DNA of 64,000 bases, from the NCBI GenBank assembly GCA_026395215.1, contig JAPLZC010000006.1:8081-72080 (forward strand), written 5' to 3'. The translations under genes and the position numbers were made by a program. Position 1 is the stretch's first letter. Each line of letters starts with the position of its first letter. This DNA comes from Candidatus Staskawiczbacteria bacterium. GTDB taxonomy: Bacteria; Patescibacteriota; Minisyncoccia; Minisyncoccales; Staskawiczbacteraceae. Shown here piece by piece: positions 1-10,015 of the stretch. The notes under the pieces are model-generated. The model did not search any database. It worked only from the letters and a program-made list of their open reading frames with translations, and was not told where the DNA came from.

Positions 1-108
1 GATTTTCCATAATACTAGCCACTTTTTTCACCATCATATAGAAAAGGTGGTTTTTTATTAGGAAATGGTTGTTTTTTGGGATAATTTTGAGTATACTGAA
101 ACAATAAA

Positions 109-441
109 ATGATAAACGGAAAAAAAGATAAAAATTTGAATTTTTCTAAGGTGTCGGTAAACGAGCTGATTTTGTTTTGCATACATTCTATAGTTTTGAA
201 TAACGAGCAGTGCAGTTTTGATAGACTTGTGAAGGAATGTTTTACTTTATTTCCGGATACGCTTAGATTTACAAGATATCCAATTTGGCCCGATTCAAGA
301 AAATTAGATAGGCCGCTGAGGGCGCTTAGAAATGATAAATTAATAGTAGGGGATCCTAAAACGTATTTTATTTTAACAAAAGAAGGAGAGGAAAAAGCCA
401 ATGTTGTCTCAAAAATGTTAAGACAAGGTAAGCTATTATAA
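109..441 (+). CDS. Hypothetical protein, possibly winged-helix
   Basis: 110-aa ORF co-oriented with and abutting mltG; no diagnostic motif. Confidence 0.6.
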   Translation: MINGKKDKNLNFSKVSVNELILFCIHSIVLNNEQCSFDRLVKECFTLFPDTLRFTRYPIWPDSRKLDRPLRALRNDKLIVGDPKTYFILTKEGEEKANVVSKMLRQGKLL

Positions 442-442
442 A

Positions 443-1408
443 ATGAATGATTTTTCTACAATATCTATAGAATATCTAAAAAAAATTACATCAATAATTG
501 GGAGTGTTTTTTTGTTGATAATTTTTTATTTATGTTTTGAAATTTATGTCCCGGTAAATCCGGCCTCTCATGAAACAATTGTCTATACGGTGCAGAAAGG
601 TTGGGGGGATAGTGACATTGCTAATAATCTAAAGCAATTGGGTATAATTAGGAGTAGTTATTTTTTTAAGTTTTATGCGGTGTTGTCTTTAAAACATTCG
701 GGTTTGCAGGCCGGAGAATATAATTTGTCTCCAAGAGATTCTATTCATGAAATTGCCAACAAAATGGCTAATGGGGATGTTATAAGGGATAATGTTGTAA
801 TCTTGGAGGGCTGGGACGTAAGTGATATTGGCCAGTATTTAGAGTCAAAAGGAATATGTAAAAAAGATTATTTTGTTTCTCTTGCAAAAGGTCACGAAGG
901 CTATATTTTTCCGGACACTTATGAGATTGCCAAAGGAGAAACCTGCGAAGGTATTTTGAGTTTGGCGTTGGCTAATTTTGACAAAAAACTAACGCCGGAA
1001 TTAAGAGCTGAAATTATTAGCCAGAAAAAATCAATTTTTGATATTGTTACAATGGCCTCAATGATTGAAAAAGAAGTAAGAAGTTTGGATGACAAAAAAA
1101 TTGTTTCAGGTATTTTGTGGAAAAGGTTAGCCATTGATATGCCTTTGCAACTAGACGCAACAATTGTATATATTACCGGTAACGCCCAGATTACAGCAAA
1201 AGATAAATTAATAAACTCTCCATATAACACCTATAAATATTATGGCCTGCCAAAGGGGCCAATTTCAAATCCGGGCATAGACTCAATTACTGCTGCCATT
1301 TATCCAACAAAAACAAAGTACTGGTATTATTTAACCGACGGCATAACCCATTTTAGTGAAACCCTAGATCAGCACAATGCCGCCAAAGCCAAGTATTTAG
1401 GTAGGTAA
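443..1408 (+). CDS. mltG: Endolytic transglycosylase MltG
   Basis: N-terminal TM; EGYIFPDTY, ASMIEKE, LQLDAT, SPYNTY..GLPKGPISNPG motifs. Confidence 0.95.
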   Translation: MNDFSTISIEYLKKITSIIGSVFLLIIFYLCFEIYVPVNPASHETIVYTVQKGWGDSDIANNLKQLGIIRSSYFFKFYAVLSLKHSGLQAGEYNLSPRDSIHEIANKMANGDVIRDNVVILEGWDVSDIGQYLESKGICKKDYFVSLAKGHEGYIFPDTYEIAKGETCEGILSLALANFDKKLTPELRAEIISQKKSIFDIVTMASMIEKEVRSLDDKKIVSGILWKRLAIDMPLQLDATIVYITGNAQITAKDKLINSPYNTYKYYGLPKGPISNPGIDSITAAIYPTKTKYWYYLTDGITHFSETLDQHNAAKAKYLGR

Positions 1409-1457
1409 AACGCTTGACATATAATTCAAGATAGATTAAGATACAACTACAATTAAT

Positions 1458-1554
1458 TAAAGCCATAGACAATGGGTCGCGAAAGCATAAATCCCATCGA
1501 GGCAACTCAACTAGTTTTATACTAGTTATTGCTGTCTGTGGAGACAGTTTTTTT
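1458..1554 (+). promoter_or_regulatory. Ribosomal protein L10 leader (autoregulatory RNA)
   Basis: GCCATAGAC-AATGGG...CCCATCGAGGC pattern typical of L10 leaders, then CTGTCT/AGACAG hairpin with U-tract directly before rplJ; TTGACA at 1414. Confidence 0.7.
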
Positions 1555-2049
1555 ATGGCACTAAATAAAGAACAGAAGACAAAGCAAATAGATAGTATTA
1601 AAGAAAGTGTTGCAAAACAAAAGTCGGTAATTTTTGTTGATTTTGCGAAGGTTCCTTCAAAGGAAATGTTTAGTTTGAGAAAATCTTTGAAAGAAGCTGG
1701 GTGTAAATTAAAAATTGCCAAGAAGACATTGGTTAGAATTGCTTTTGGGCAATCAAACATTTCATTTTGGAACAAAATGAAAGCAGTTATTCCTGGACAA
1801 TTAGCCTTGGTTTTTGGAATTGAAGATGATATAGCTCCAGCAAGAATTGCCAATCAGTTTTCAAAAACAAATGAAAATCTTAAGATTTTGGGAGGAATAT
1901 TTGAGAAGAGATTTATTGATAGAGAAAAGGTATTGGTATTAGCCAATTTACCTACAAGAAACGAGCTATTGGGCAGATTGGTCGGCTCTATATACAGCCC
2001 AGTGTCAAGCTTTGTAAGAGTATTAAATAAAATTAGCGAAAATAAATAA
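1555..2049 (+). CDS. rplJ: 50S ribosomal protein L10
   Basis: KKTL motif, LANLPTRNELLGRLVG C-terminus, upstream of rplL. Confidence 0.95.
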   Translation: MALNKEQKTKQIDSIKESVAKQKSVIFVDFAKVPSKEMFSLRKSLKEAGCKLKIAKKTLVRIAFGQSNISFWNKMKAVIPGQLALVFGIEDDIAPARIANQFSKTNENLKILGGIFEKRFIDREKVLVLANLPTRNELLGRLVGSIYSPVSSFVRVLNKISENK

Positions 2050-2056
2050 ACAAAAC

Positions 2057-2141
2057 ACTAATCTACGGAAAATATCCTAATCTACGGAAATACGAATTCG
2101 CATTTTTGTAGATTAGCATAAGATTTGCAGATTAGTATTAT
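2057..2141. repeat. Intergenic hairpin array, family A copy 1
   Basis: CTAATCTAC units, TACGAATTCGCA core at 2091, reverse-complement units; 2110-2141 identical to 28512-28543. Confidence 0.85.
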
Positions 2142-2147
2142 AATAAT

Positions 2148-2543
2148 ATGACAGACGAAATGCAAGTACCAGAAAAATTTCAGAAATTAGTAGCTGAAAT
2201 AGAGAAAATGCCAGTTGTAGAATTGGCAGAATTGGTAAAAGTTTTGGAAGCCAAATTTGGTGTTTCTGCAGCAGCTCCAGTAGCAGTTGCCGCAGCAGCC
2301 GCCGGACCAGTTGAGGAAAAGACTTCTTTTAACGTTGAGTTGAAAGAGGTTGGAGCTCAAAAAATTGAGGTTATTAAAGTTGTTAGAGATGTAACAGCCA
2401 AAGGATTGAAAGAATCAAAAGACTTGGTTGATGCAGCCGCAGCCGGAACAGCTCAATTGGTAAAAGAAGGCGTAAAGAAAGAAGAAGCCGCCGAAATTGA
2501 AAAGAAATTCGCCGCCGCCGGCGCCAAAGTAGTTATCAAATAG
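2148..2543 (+). CDS. rplL: 50S ribosomal protein L7/L12
   Basis: [13 protein letters not shown] hinge, [19 protein letters not shown]. Confidence 0.97.
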   Translation: MTDEMQVPEKFQKLVAEIEKMPVVELAELVKVLEAKFGVSAAAPVAVAAAAAGPVEEKTSFNVELKEVGAQKIEVIKVVRDVTAKGLKESKDLVDAAAAGTAQLVKEGVKKEEAAEIEKKFAAAGAKVVIK

Positions 2544-2557
2544 GAAATAGAAATTAG

Positions 2558-2589
2558 AAAAAGCAGAGGATTGACTCCTCTGCTTTTTT
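2558..2589 (+). terminator. Intrinsic terminator after rplL
   Basis: AAAAAGCAGAGGA-ttgac-TCCTCTGCTTTTTT. Confidence 0.8.
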
Positions 2590-2667
2590 GTTGTAAGGTT
2601 ATTGCCGAAGGACGTAATGTGCGTTCTAAAACGGAATGCGGACGTTCTTTGACAAGGAGGATGTGTT

Positions 2668-3165
2668 ATGGCAACAACAAAACTGGCCAGCACGTTCACT
2701 GGGGTTCGGTACAACATTGGCGTGAGACTAGACCAACTTTTGTCGGTTGGAGACTATTTTCGAAAGGCGGGTCTCGCTGGTGATGACGAAAGGGATATTG
2801 TTGATACGTCCGGATGGAATATGAAGAACAAAACGGTAGGTGTTCGCGTTTTCGTTCCATCTGGCAATCACGGTGGAAGAAGTAATTACGAAATCTTCTG
2901 GGAGGAGATGGGCAAATTTGGTGTTACTAAAAAGAATATACGGCATGCTGAAGCAGTAACTCTACGTTGCCCGCCGGCGCCGGAACCGTGCACGGATGAT
3001 GGATATCTTGGGACTTGCTCCATATGTGGGGAAGAACACCCAGTGATTGGTCCTATTGGAGCAGAGAGGAAATTCCTTATGGGGCGTCATACTCCCCATG
3101 GTGATGATTCTAGCCTCTGTAGTGGCACTTCTGCGCTTCCCAATGGTGAAGTGCGGCGTAAATAA
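2668..3165 (+). CDS. Hypothetical protein with C-terminal Cys/His cluster (ORFan unit)
   Basis: AGGAGG SD; CSIC..H..H..C; own terminator at 3205-3232. Confidence 0.7.
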   Translation: MATTKLASTFTGVRYNIGVRLDQLLSVGDYFRKAGLAGDDERDIVDTSGWNMKNKTVGVRVFVPSGNHGGRSNYEIFWEEMGKFGVTKKNIRHAEAVTLRCPPAPEPCTDDGYLGTCSICGEEHPVIGPIGAERKFLMGRHTPHGDDSSLCSGTSALPNGEVRRK

Positions 3166-3204
3166 CCATAGTACCTGATTTTCAGGTTGTTGCTTTGCAA
3201 CGGC

Positions 3205-3232
3205 GTCCCGATGTCACATCGGGACTTTTTTT
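3205..3232 (+). terminator. Intrinsic terminator
   Basis: GTCCCGATG-tca-CATCGGGAC followed by T-tract. Confidence 0.8.
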
Positions 3233-3244
3233 ATAAATTGATTG

Positions 3245-3272
3245 TTGACAAATTGGGGACTTCTGGTATACT
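3245..3272 (+). promoter_or_regulatory. Sigma70-type promoter
   Basis: TTGACA-N16-TATACT. Confidence 0.7.
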
Positions 3273-3405
3273 TAAAATATTAAATTGTTCTTTGAAATTT
3301 GATTCTCGGTAGCGATTTGGAAATAAATATTTGTTTTTAAATCGCTACTGAGACAGTGGCCATGTGGGAACAAGTCCCTCATGAACCTGGAACGGGAGAA
3401 CAGAA

Positions 3406-3888
3406 GTGAGCAGGAACAGCAAGAAGGGTGATGTCCAAACAATGTCGTTAAGCCAAGGTGTGATGTTGGCGATCGACATGAACCGTGAAGCCTTGTTGAA
3501 GGTTAACGGTGGAATTCTGCACGGAATGCAGGTTAACATGGAGCTTGGCTCTGAGAGACCGGGTCGTTCGATTTTGGATCTGAGGAAGGATCCGTACTTC
3601 GACGCCGCGACCAAGGACGAGACCATACGGGTGATCACCTTCAACGGCTCAGCCATGGGCCGTAACGGATGGTTCCGTTTTACCAGCATCTGCATAATCA
3701 GTAATTTTGTGCAGAAGATGTGGGACCCGTGGTTCGTCGACGTCAAAATCGAAGACTCCGACAAACTCCGGTTCACATACGTCAGGGACCACGAAGGCTT
3801 GCCGGTTATGATTGACTGGCACGCGGTCTCAGACGATTACCCGCCTCTTTCGGAGGATACGGGCACTGAGGATGCGGACGAGGAGTAA
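3406..3888 (+). CDS. Hypothetical protein (ORFan unit; start uncertain)
   Basis: GC-richer ORF between promoter 3245 and terminator 3901-3948. Confidence 0.65.
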   Translation: MSRNSKKGDVQTMSLSQGVMLAIDMNREALLKVNGGILHGMQVNMELGSERPGRSILDLRKDPYFDAATKDETIRVITFNGSAMGRNGWFRFTSICIISNFVQKMWDPWFVDVKIEDSDKLRFTYVRDHEGLPVMIDWHAVSDDYPPLSEDTGTEDADEE

Positions 3889-3977
3889 TATCCGCTTTAA
3901 AGCGCCGGAAGAGTGAGAACATCTCACTCAACCGGCGCTGTTTTTTTTGCAAAAAGATGGTAGAATTGTTTAATAGG

Positions 3978-4074
3978 TTAGAGGGCAGTTAGTTCACTGG
4001 TACCCGACCAAAGCCCGCAAGGCGGGCATTGTGACGGGCCCGTCAAAATGCGCAAAGCGCTTTTGTCGGGGAGC
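3978..4074 (+). repeat. Degenerate tRNA 5' fragment interrupted by a 68-nt palindrome
   Basis: TTAGAGGGCAGTTAGTTCACTGGTA[CCCGAC...GTCGGG]GAGC resembles the start of tRNA-Val at 4328. Confidence 0.7.
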
Positions 4075-4084
4075 ATCAAATTTT

Positions 4085-4342
4085 ATGTTTTACACTTACG
4101 CATTTTACGACAAAACTAGAGGAATATTTTATATCGGTTTTACTAATGATTTGAAACGCAGAGTTAAGGAACATCAATTAGGTAAAACTCAAACGACACA
4201 AAGAATGCCGGACAAATTATTAGTTTATTATGAAGCCTGTTTATCTAAGAAAGATGCAGAGGATAGAGAAAGACAATTAAAAACAGGATTTGGTAGGGGG
4301 TACCTAAAACGAAGATTGAAATATTATTTAGAGGGCACGTAG
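4085..4342 (+). CDS. GIY-YIG nuclease family protein
   Basis: FYTYAF..FYIGFTNDLKRRVKEH...REQLK; stop codon lies inside the tRNA 5' end. Confidence 0.9.
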   Translation: MFYTYAFYDKTRGIFYIGFTNDLKRRVKEHQLGKTQTTQRMPDKLLVYYEACLSKKDAEDRERQLKTGFGRGYLKRRLKYYLEGT

Positions 4343-4406
4343 CTCAGCTGGTTAGAGCGCACCATTCACATTGGTGAGGTCTGTGGTTCGAGTCCACACG
4401 CGCCCA
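4333..4406 (+). tRNA. tRNA-Val(CAC)
   Basis: Cloverleaf; anticodon stem CACCA/TGGTG, loop TTCACAT; GTTCGAGTCC T-arm; CCA not encoded. Confidence 0.93.
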
Positions 4407-4407
4407 C

Positions 4408-4869
4408 ATGACAGTTCAAGAGTTTAGAGAAAAAATAAAGCCATTAATAAAGTTGTCTATTGAGGGCAAAGATTTTTTGGTCAAAGAAGTTGTTAAATTT
4501 AGATTTGACGACGGAAGTTTTTATATAAAATGCTGGATTAGCGACGATTATGTGTTTGCTGACGATTTAAATGAAAATAATTTTTTATTAGTTAAAGAAG
4601 TAAAGACGCCATTTGTGGCACCGTTTGCCCAAGAATTAGAATTTGATAATAAAAAATTTAGTTTTTTATATTCGGCCCACGCAATAGCCGAAGAAATTCA
4701 GGGAGAGGAAATATTTAAAAAGGGAGAAGGCGAAAGGTTTTGGGATTATAGAGCAGAAGACAATAGTTATCTTAGTCTAGGAACAGAAGATAAAACGGGC
4801 GAAAGAGCAGATTTTTACGGAAAAATTATAGATGTTAACCTAGTGGAAATTCATGATAGCGCAATATAA
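4408..4869 (+). CDS. Hypothetical protein
   Basis: 153-aa ORF, operon-like spacing. Confidence 0.7.
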   Translation: MTVQEFREKIKPLIKLSIEGKDFLVKEVVKFRFDDGSFYIKCWISDDYVFADDLNENNFLLVKEVKTPFVAPFAQELEFDNKKFSFLYSAHAIAEEIQGEEIFKKGEGERFWDYRAEDNSYLSLGTEDKTGERADFYGKIIDVNLVEIHDSAI

Positions 4870-5236
4870 AAAATTACTTTGGACGGAGCATAGTAAGATT
4901 AAGATGAGGCAGTACGGGTTGTCCAAACAAAAGTTGTTGGGGATACTTTATAAACCGGAAAGAAAAGAACAGGGGATTGTGCCCGGGACTGCCGCCGTAA
5001 TGAAAACCAACAAGACATTTTTCAGGGAAAAACAAATAAGCCTGGATAAAGCCTGGAAAAAGCCGCGTAAAGCTCCCGGAGAAATCTGGTTGATGTATAA
5101 GGATGTAAAAATGGCTATGGTGCCGGTGCGCAAAATAATCAGCGCATGGCGTTATCCGGGCATTTCTAAACCGGGAGAAGCAATTCCAATACCTGACGAT
5201 ATTAAAATTTTCTTAAATAGTGGTACAATAGAGTAA
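4853..5236 (+). CDS. Hypothetical protein, possible RelE/BrnT-like fold
   Basis: WTEHSKIKMRQY start and KIISAWRYPG end. Confidence 0.6.
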   Translation: MIAQYKKLLWTEHSKIKMRQYGLSKQKLLGILYKPERKEQGIVPGTAAVMKTNKTFFREKQISLDKAWKKPRKAPGEIWLMYKDVKMAMVPVRKIISAWRYPGISKPGEAIPIPDDIKIFLNSGTIE

Positions 5237-5625
5237 TGCAATCATCTGAAAGAAAAAATATCATATCATTGTGGCTAGTTTGGCATTTTGGAGAGATGCC
5301 GAGGTTTTTGGCTGGGGTCTGGAAAAACTATATTTTATTTGCCTCAAACTATTTTTCATTGCCAATCTTGTTAAAATCACTTTTTGCCCCATGGCGAAGG
5401 TACAGATGGAATTATCCTAAGGGTTTTCAGATTGGAGAATTTTTTACCACTCTTGTTTCTAATATTTTTTCCCGTTTGATGGGTGCCATGGTCAGGATTG
5501 TTTTAATTATTTGCGGAATTGTTTTTCAAATTTTTGTTATATTAGCAGGAGCAGTAGTTTTTATATTTTGGATATTGCTCCCTCTTATTATAATAATTGG
5601 TTTGTGGTTTGTTTTTTTCTACTAA
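5236..5625 (+). CDS. Membrane protein preceding the Clp ATPase
   Basis: Hydrophobic C-terminal helices; LLKSLFAPWRR motif. Confidence 0.75.
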   Translation: MQSSERKNIISLWLVWHFGEMPRFLAGVWKNYILFASNYFSLPILLKSLFAPWRRYRWNYPKGFQIGEFFTTLVSNIFSRLMGAMVRIVLIICGIVFQIFVILAGAVVFIFWILLPLIIIIGLWFVFFY

Positions 5626-5640
5626 ACATAAATTAAAAAG

Positions 5641-8181
5641 ATGGATTTTTATTTTAAAAACACAAAGATTTTCTTAGCTTTAAAGAGGGCGCGATTTCCT
5701 TTATTTAGGTTCGCGGGATTTTTGAAAAATCTTTTTTTGGTTTTGTTTGTATTAGAAGCAATATTACTAGTGGTGGCGCAAAGCCATAATGCGGAAAAAA
5801 CGCTAATTTTATTTTTATTGTTGTATCTTGTCTTTTGGAATTTTGAGTTATTTTTGAGGTTGAAAATAAAAAGACCAAGCACTAATTTAAAAATTGAAGG
5901 TGCTGTTTTAAGCCCCAATGATTATAATCTGGCCGAGCTTTTAAGTTTTAATATGGCCACGGTTGTTTTAGAAGCAATAAATTTTTCTAAGAAAAAGAGA
6001 ATTCCAGTTAGTTCAACATCACTTCTTTATTCTGCGGTAAGGTATGGTAGAGATGTAAATCTAATTTGTTTGCGTTTAGGAATAAATCCTAAAAAATTGC
6101 AATCTGATATCAAAAATTATTTAGAAAAAACTGAGAAACATAATGTTACTGGGGAATTGTTTTCAGAAGATTTTAAAAAAGTAATAAGTAACGCGCTTAA
6201 ACTATCTGCGGATAGGGGACATAAATATATTGGGCAAAATGAGGTTTTGGTTGCTTTAGCCAAAGAAGATGATTTTTTTAAAAAAACACTGGTAGAGTTT
6301 GATCTCAAACCCGAAGATGTTGATAACTTAACATTATGGGTATCTTCGGCAGTAGATTTGGCAGATAGTAATAAAAAGTTTTGGACTTATGAAAATTTGG
6401 CGAGAAAAGGGTCGCTGGGTAAGAATTTTTCATCAGGATATACCATAACACTGGATAAATATGCAATTGATTGGAGAAAATATGTTTCGCAATGGAGGTT
6501 TACGGAAATTATTGGTCATGAAAAAGAAATAGACCAAGTTGAGGTAATTTTGGCAAAATCTAGTATGGCCAATGTGTTGATTGTGGGTGACGCGGGGGCA
6601 GATAGAAAAAGTATTGTTAAGGCAATAGCTCACAAATGTTATTTGGGAACAACTTTGCCCGAGTTAAACAACAAAAGGGTTGTGGAGCTAGATGTTGTTT
6701 CATTGGTTACCCAGATTTCTGATTTTGAAAAAGTAGAATATGTGCTAGGCCAGATTTTTTTGGAAGTTGCAATGTCAGGCTCTGTGATTTTAGTAATTGA
6801 TAACTTAGAAAACTTTGTGGGACAGAATGTGCAAAAAGCCGGCGCATTTGATATTTCAGGAGTGCTTTCAAAATATTTGCCTTTGCGTAACTTTCAGCTT
6901 GTTTGTTTGACTTCTCAAGATGGCTTGCACAAAAACATAGAAAAAGAGGCAGGGCTTGCTAATTCATTTGGGAAGGTTGAGGTTGTAGAAGTCACAGAAT
7001 TAGAAACAATAAATATTTTGCAATCAGTTGCTTTGGATTTGGAATACGTGCATAAGGTTTTGGTTTTGTATCCTTCTATTCGTGAGATTGTAAATTTGAC
7101 CGCGCGATATATGCCAAGTTTGCCTTTTCCTAAAAAGGCTTTAGATGTTTTGGAGGAATCAGTTGTCTACGTGCAAAAATTACGCGAAAAAATTGTTTTG
7201 CCCCACCACATAGCTGAAATTATTTCTAAAAAAACAGATATACCTGTTGGAAAAATGGAGGTAAAAGAAAAAGAGGTTTTGCTTAATTTGGAAAATTTAA
7301 TTCATAACAGAATTGTTAACCAAGAAGAAGCGGTTAGCCAAATATCTATTGCAATGAGGCGAGCCAGAATGGGAATTGCCTCAAAAACAAGGCCAATGGG
7401 AACATTTTTATTTTTGGGCCCAACGGGAGTGGGCAAGACTGAAACTGCAAAAGCTTTGGCCCAAATATATTTTGGATCTGAGAAAAAAATGATAAGGCTT
7501 GATATGTCAGAGTTTCAGGCAATTTCAGATATTCCAAGATTATTAGGAGCTACTTCTCCGGTTGAAATGCAAGGACTTTTAACAACACCTGTTAGAGAAG
7601 CACCGTTTTCTCTAATTTTGTTAGATGAAATAGAGAAAGCCCACCCTAATATTTTAAATTTGTTTTTGCAGGTTTTAGATGAAGGCCATATAACCGACGG
7701 GCAGGGCAGGAAAGTTGTTTTTGCAAATACAATTATAATTTGTACATCAAACGCCGGCGCCGATATGATTTTTAAGCAAGTAGAAGCTAGTCAAGCAGTT
7801 GAGAAAGATAAATTACTAAGTTCTCTCTTCGAAAAAAATATTTTCAGACCGGAATTTGTAAACCGTTTTGACGCTACTATAATTTTCCATCCTTTAACAA
7901 AAGACAACTTAATGAAAATTGCTCAGTTGTCTTTGCAGGGTTTACAAAAAGGTTTGAAGGAAAGGGATATAGATTTTATAATTACAGAATCACTCAAAGA
8001 AAGAATTGTAGAATTATCTTATAAGCCCGAGTTCGGCGCCAGAGAAATGCGAAGAGTTGTCCAAGATAAAGTGGAAAATGCGGTTGCCACAGCTCTTCTA
8101 TCTGATAAAATAAAAAAAGGAGATAAGTTTGAAATTAACCCAGAAAATTTTGAAATATTTATAAATCCCCCAAAGCCGTAA
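5641..8181 (+). CDS. ClpA/ClpB-family AAA+ ATPase with N-terminal TM helices
   Basis: Second AAA intact (FLGPTGVGKTE, RLDMSEF, LLDEIEKAH, FGAREMRR); first Walker A degenerate. Confidence 0.9.
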   Translation: MDFYFKNTKIFLALKRARFPLFRFAGFLKNLFLVLFVLEAILLVVAQSHNAEKTLILFLLLYLVFWNFELFLRLKIKRPSTNLKIEGAVLSPNDYNLAELLSFNMATVVLEAINFSKKKRIPVSSTSLLYSAVRYGRDVNLICLRLGINPKKLQSDIKNYLEKTEKHNVTGELFSEDFKKVISNALKLSADRGHKYIGQNEVLVALAKEDDFFKKTLVEFDLKPEDVDNLTLWVSSAVDLADSNKKFWTYENLARKGSLGKNFSSGYTITLDKYAIDWRKYVSQWRFTEIIGHEKEIDQVEVILAKSSMANVLIVGDAGADRKSIVKAIAHKCYLGTTLPELNNKRVVELDVVSLVTQISDFEKVEYVLGQIFLEVAMSGSVILVIDNLENFVGQNVQKAGAFDISGVLSKYLPLRNFQLVCLTSQDGLHKNIEKEAGLANSFGKVEVVEVTELETINILQSVALDLEYVHKVLVLYPSIREIVNLTARYMPSLPFPKKALDVLEESVVYVQKLREKIVLPHHIAEIISKKTDIPVGKMEVKEKEVLLNLENLIHNRIVNQEEAVSQISIAMRRARMGIASKTRPMGTFLFLGPTGVGKTETAKALAQIYFGSEKKMIRLDMSEFQAISDIPRLLGATSPVEMQGLLTTPVREAPFSLILLDEIEKAHPNILNLFLQVLDEGHITDGQGRKVVFANTIIICTSNAGADMIFKQVEASQAVEKDKLLSSLFEKNIFRPEFVNRFDATIIFHPLTKDNLMKIAQLSLQGLQKGLKERDIDFIITESLKERIVELSYKPEFGAREMRRVVQDKVENAVATALLSDKIKKGDKFEINPENFEIFINPPKP

Positions 8182-8196
8182 ATTAAATTCTAAATT

Positions 8197-8225
8197 AAAA
8201 CTCGGGCAAACAAGCCCGAGTTTTT
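8197..8225 (+). terminator. Intrinsic terminator
   Basis: AAAACTCGGGC-aaacaa-GCCCGAGTTTTT. Confidence 0.8.
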
Positions 8226-8263
8226 AGTTATTGACAAATTCGTAAAATGCTATAAACTGGAGT

Positions 8264-8323
8264 GACAACTCTGGTCTTTGACATTTTACAGTTTTTATCT
8301 TTGCCCGCAAAGCAAAGAGCTGT
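8264..8323 (+). repeat. 60-nt 5' leader, copy 1
   Basis: 59/60 identical to 10157-10216; follows TTGACA(8231)-N16-TAAACT. Confidence 0.92.
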
Positions 8324-8359
8324 TTTTGTGTTGAAGTCCAGAAAGCAGGGGAGTAGGAA

Positions 8360-10015
8360 ATGAGTAGTTCAAAGTTATATCCGCCGATAGTATTCGGCGT
8401 GTTTGGTACATTCGATCCGCGACTGGATGGCGCTGGCCCTCAGGACCGCGAACGGTCGAACTTCATCGTGAAAATGACCGCGGCAATGATTGCGGATCAT
8501 GTGAAAATGCCGGACGGTAATCCGGTGAACGTGTTTGAACCAAAAACCTTGGTTGGTGGTGAAAGGGATGCTGACATTGTCGCCGGAATGTTCAAAGGTG
8601 CCGGCGTGCAAGTTCTTGTTTGCGTTTCCGACACCTGGGCATATCCCGGCAAGACCGCGATTGCACTGGCAAATCACTTCCCAAACGACATGCCCCTGCT
8701 TCTTCTCTGCGGTAACTCGGCGCCCAAACCGGGAGTGGTTTTTGACCACGCCTGCAGCGGTGCCTTTGCGCAGATGGGACGCAAGGCTTATCTCATTGTT
8801 GGTACCTGGGACGATGTTGGCCAGAAACCGGTGATGACCGTAGAGACCGCCAGCGAACTGATTTCCTGGTGCTACGGCATGTTGCCCAAAGCCGGCTGGA
8901 AGGGAAAGCGTCTGCTTTTCCACGGCGCTCATTCCATGGAAATGGAAACTGCGATGGCGCATGTCATTGCTACCCGGAATCAGTTCGGGGTGCATATTTC
9001 CATGAACGACATGACCGAAGTCTCCGACCGTCTCACCAAGCGAGAGTACAGCGATTCCGAGCTTTATAACCTTCGCAGATGGATGGACAGGATGCTCGGC
9101 AAACGCATTCAGATTCGGAATGTCGAAGATGAGGGAAAATTCCAGCAAGAGCTGGCTATGTACCTCATCACGCGTAACCTCATGAACGAGGTCAATGCAA
9201 TCGGCGGCGGGTTTATGTCTCAGCTCTCGTGGGGCTCGGACAAACGCATTTTGCCTCGGCCGGTTGCCGATGCAATGGAAAGTCTTCACAACAGTACATT
9301 TGACCATAACGGCCCCAAAACACCCAGGCCCTATGCAACGGAGTCAGACGCACAAGGCGGGTTGACAATGTTGCTGCAGTTCTGGATCTCCGGCGGTATG
9401 CCTCCGCTTTTCGCGGACTTCCGCAAGGTGTGGGAGGCCAATGATTTGGCTGATGTGGCCGCCAGTCTGAAAGTGGTACTCTCTGATGATGGGTGGGCCA
9501 AGCGAGGAATTGTTGATTACGACAACTCCGGTTCGGCCTCGTTCAACTGGGCTGGAAAACCCGGCATGACGGCCGAGGAATGCACGGCCAAGGTCTCAAT
9601 GCCTTTGGCTGATGAATTTTATTTTCCCGGCGGAGGTAACAGTGTGACATTCATGACTCCTGGCGACATTGACATGTTGACCGGCCGGCTCTGGTATGTT
9701 CAGTCCAAAGACAGGTGGGCGCTTACCTGGGACGACGCAGTTACCTGCGAACTTCCCGCTCCGCTGGCCAACAAACTCGCCAGTCTGTCTTCGCCTGGCT
9801 GGCCACACACATGGGTCATGTTTAAGAACTTTGAGCTGGCGCTGGTCAAGCACATTTCGCCCGCCAACCACTGGCACGCAGTCTGGAACACAGACCGCCG
9901 GCGGCTGATGTATGCCATGGATGCCTTGGGTATCCAGGACCTGCATGCTTCCAAGTTCCCAGCGTACACCCCCGGGCACGACATCCCGCCAACACTGCTT
10001 TCGCTGATCAAGTAG
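8360..10015 (+). CDS. fucI: L-fucose/D-arabinose isomerase family protein
   Basis: NSTFDHNG, ATESDAQG, LFADFRKVW, EFYFPGGG, WPHTW, ANH motifs of FucI. Confidence 0.8.
   Translation: MSSSKLYPPIVFGVFGTFDPRLDGAGPQDRERSNFIVKMTAAMIADHVKMPDGNPVNVFEPKTLVGGERDADIVAGMFKGAGVQVLVCVSDTWAYPGKTAIALANHFPNDMPLLLLCGNSAPKPGVVFDHACSGAFAQMGRKAYLIVGTWDDVGQKPVMTVETASELISWCYGMLPKAGWKGKRLLFHGAHSMEMETAMAHVIATRNQFGVHISMNDMTEVSDRLTKREYSDSELYNLRRWMDRMLGKRIQIRNVEDEGKFQQELAMYLITRNLMNEVNAIGGGFMSQLSWGSDKRILPRPVADAMESLHNSTFDHNGPKTPRPYATESDAQGGLTMLLQFWISGGMPPLFADFRKVWEANDLADVAASLKVVLSDDGWAKRGIVDYDNSGSASFNWAGKPGMTAEECTAKVSMPLADEFYFPGGGNSVTFMTPGDIDMLTGRLWYVQSKDRWALTWDDAVTCELPAPLANKLASLSSPGWPHTWVMFKNFELALVKHISPANHWHAVWNTDRRRLMYAMDALGIQDLHASKFPAYTPGHDIPPTLLSLIK

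Noticed and set aside
8375..9307. 310-aa minus-strand ORF and other antisense or nested ORFs in the track
   Set aside because: They shadow well-supported genes; long open antisense frames are expected in the GC-richer genes.
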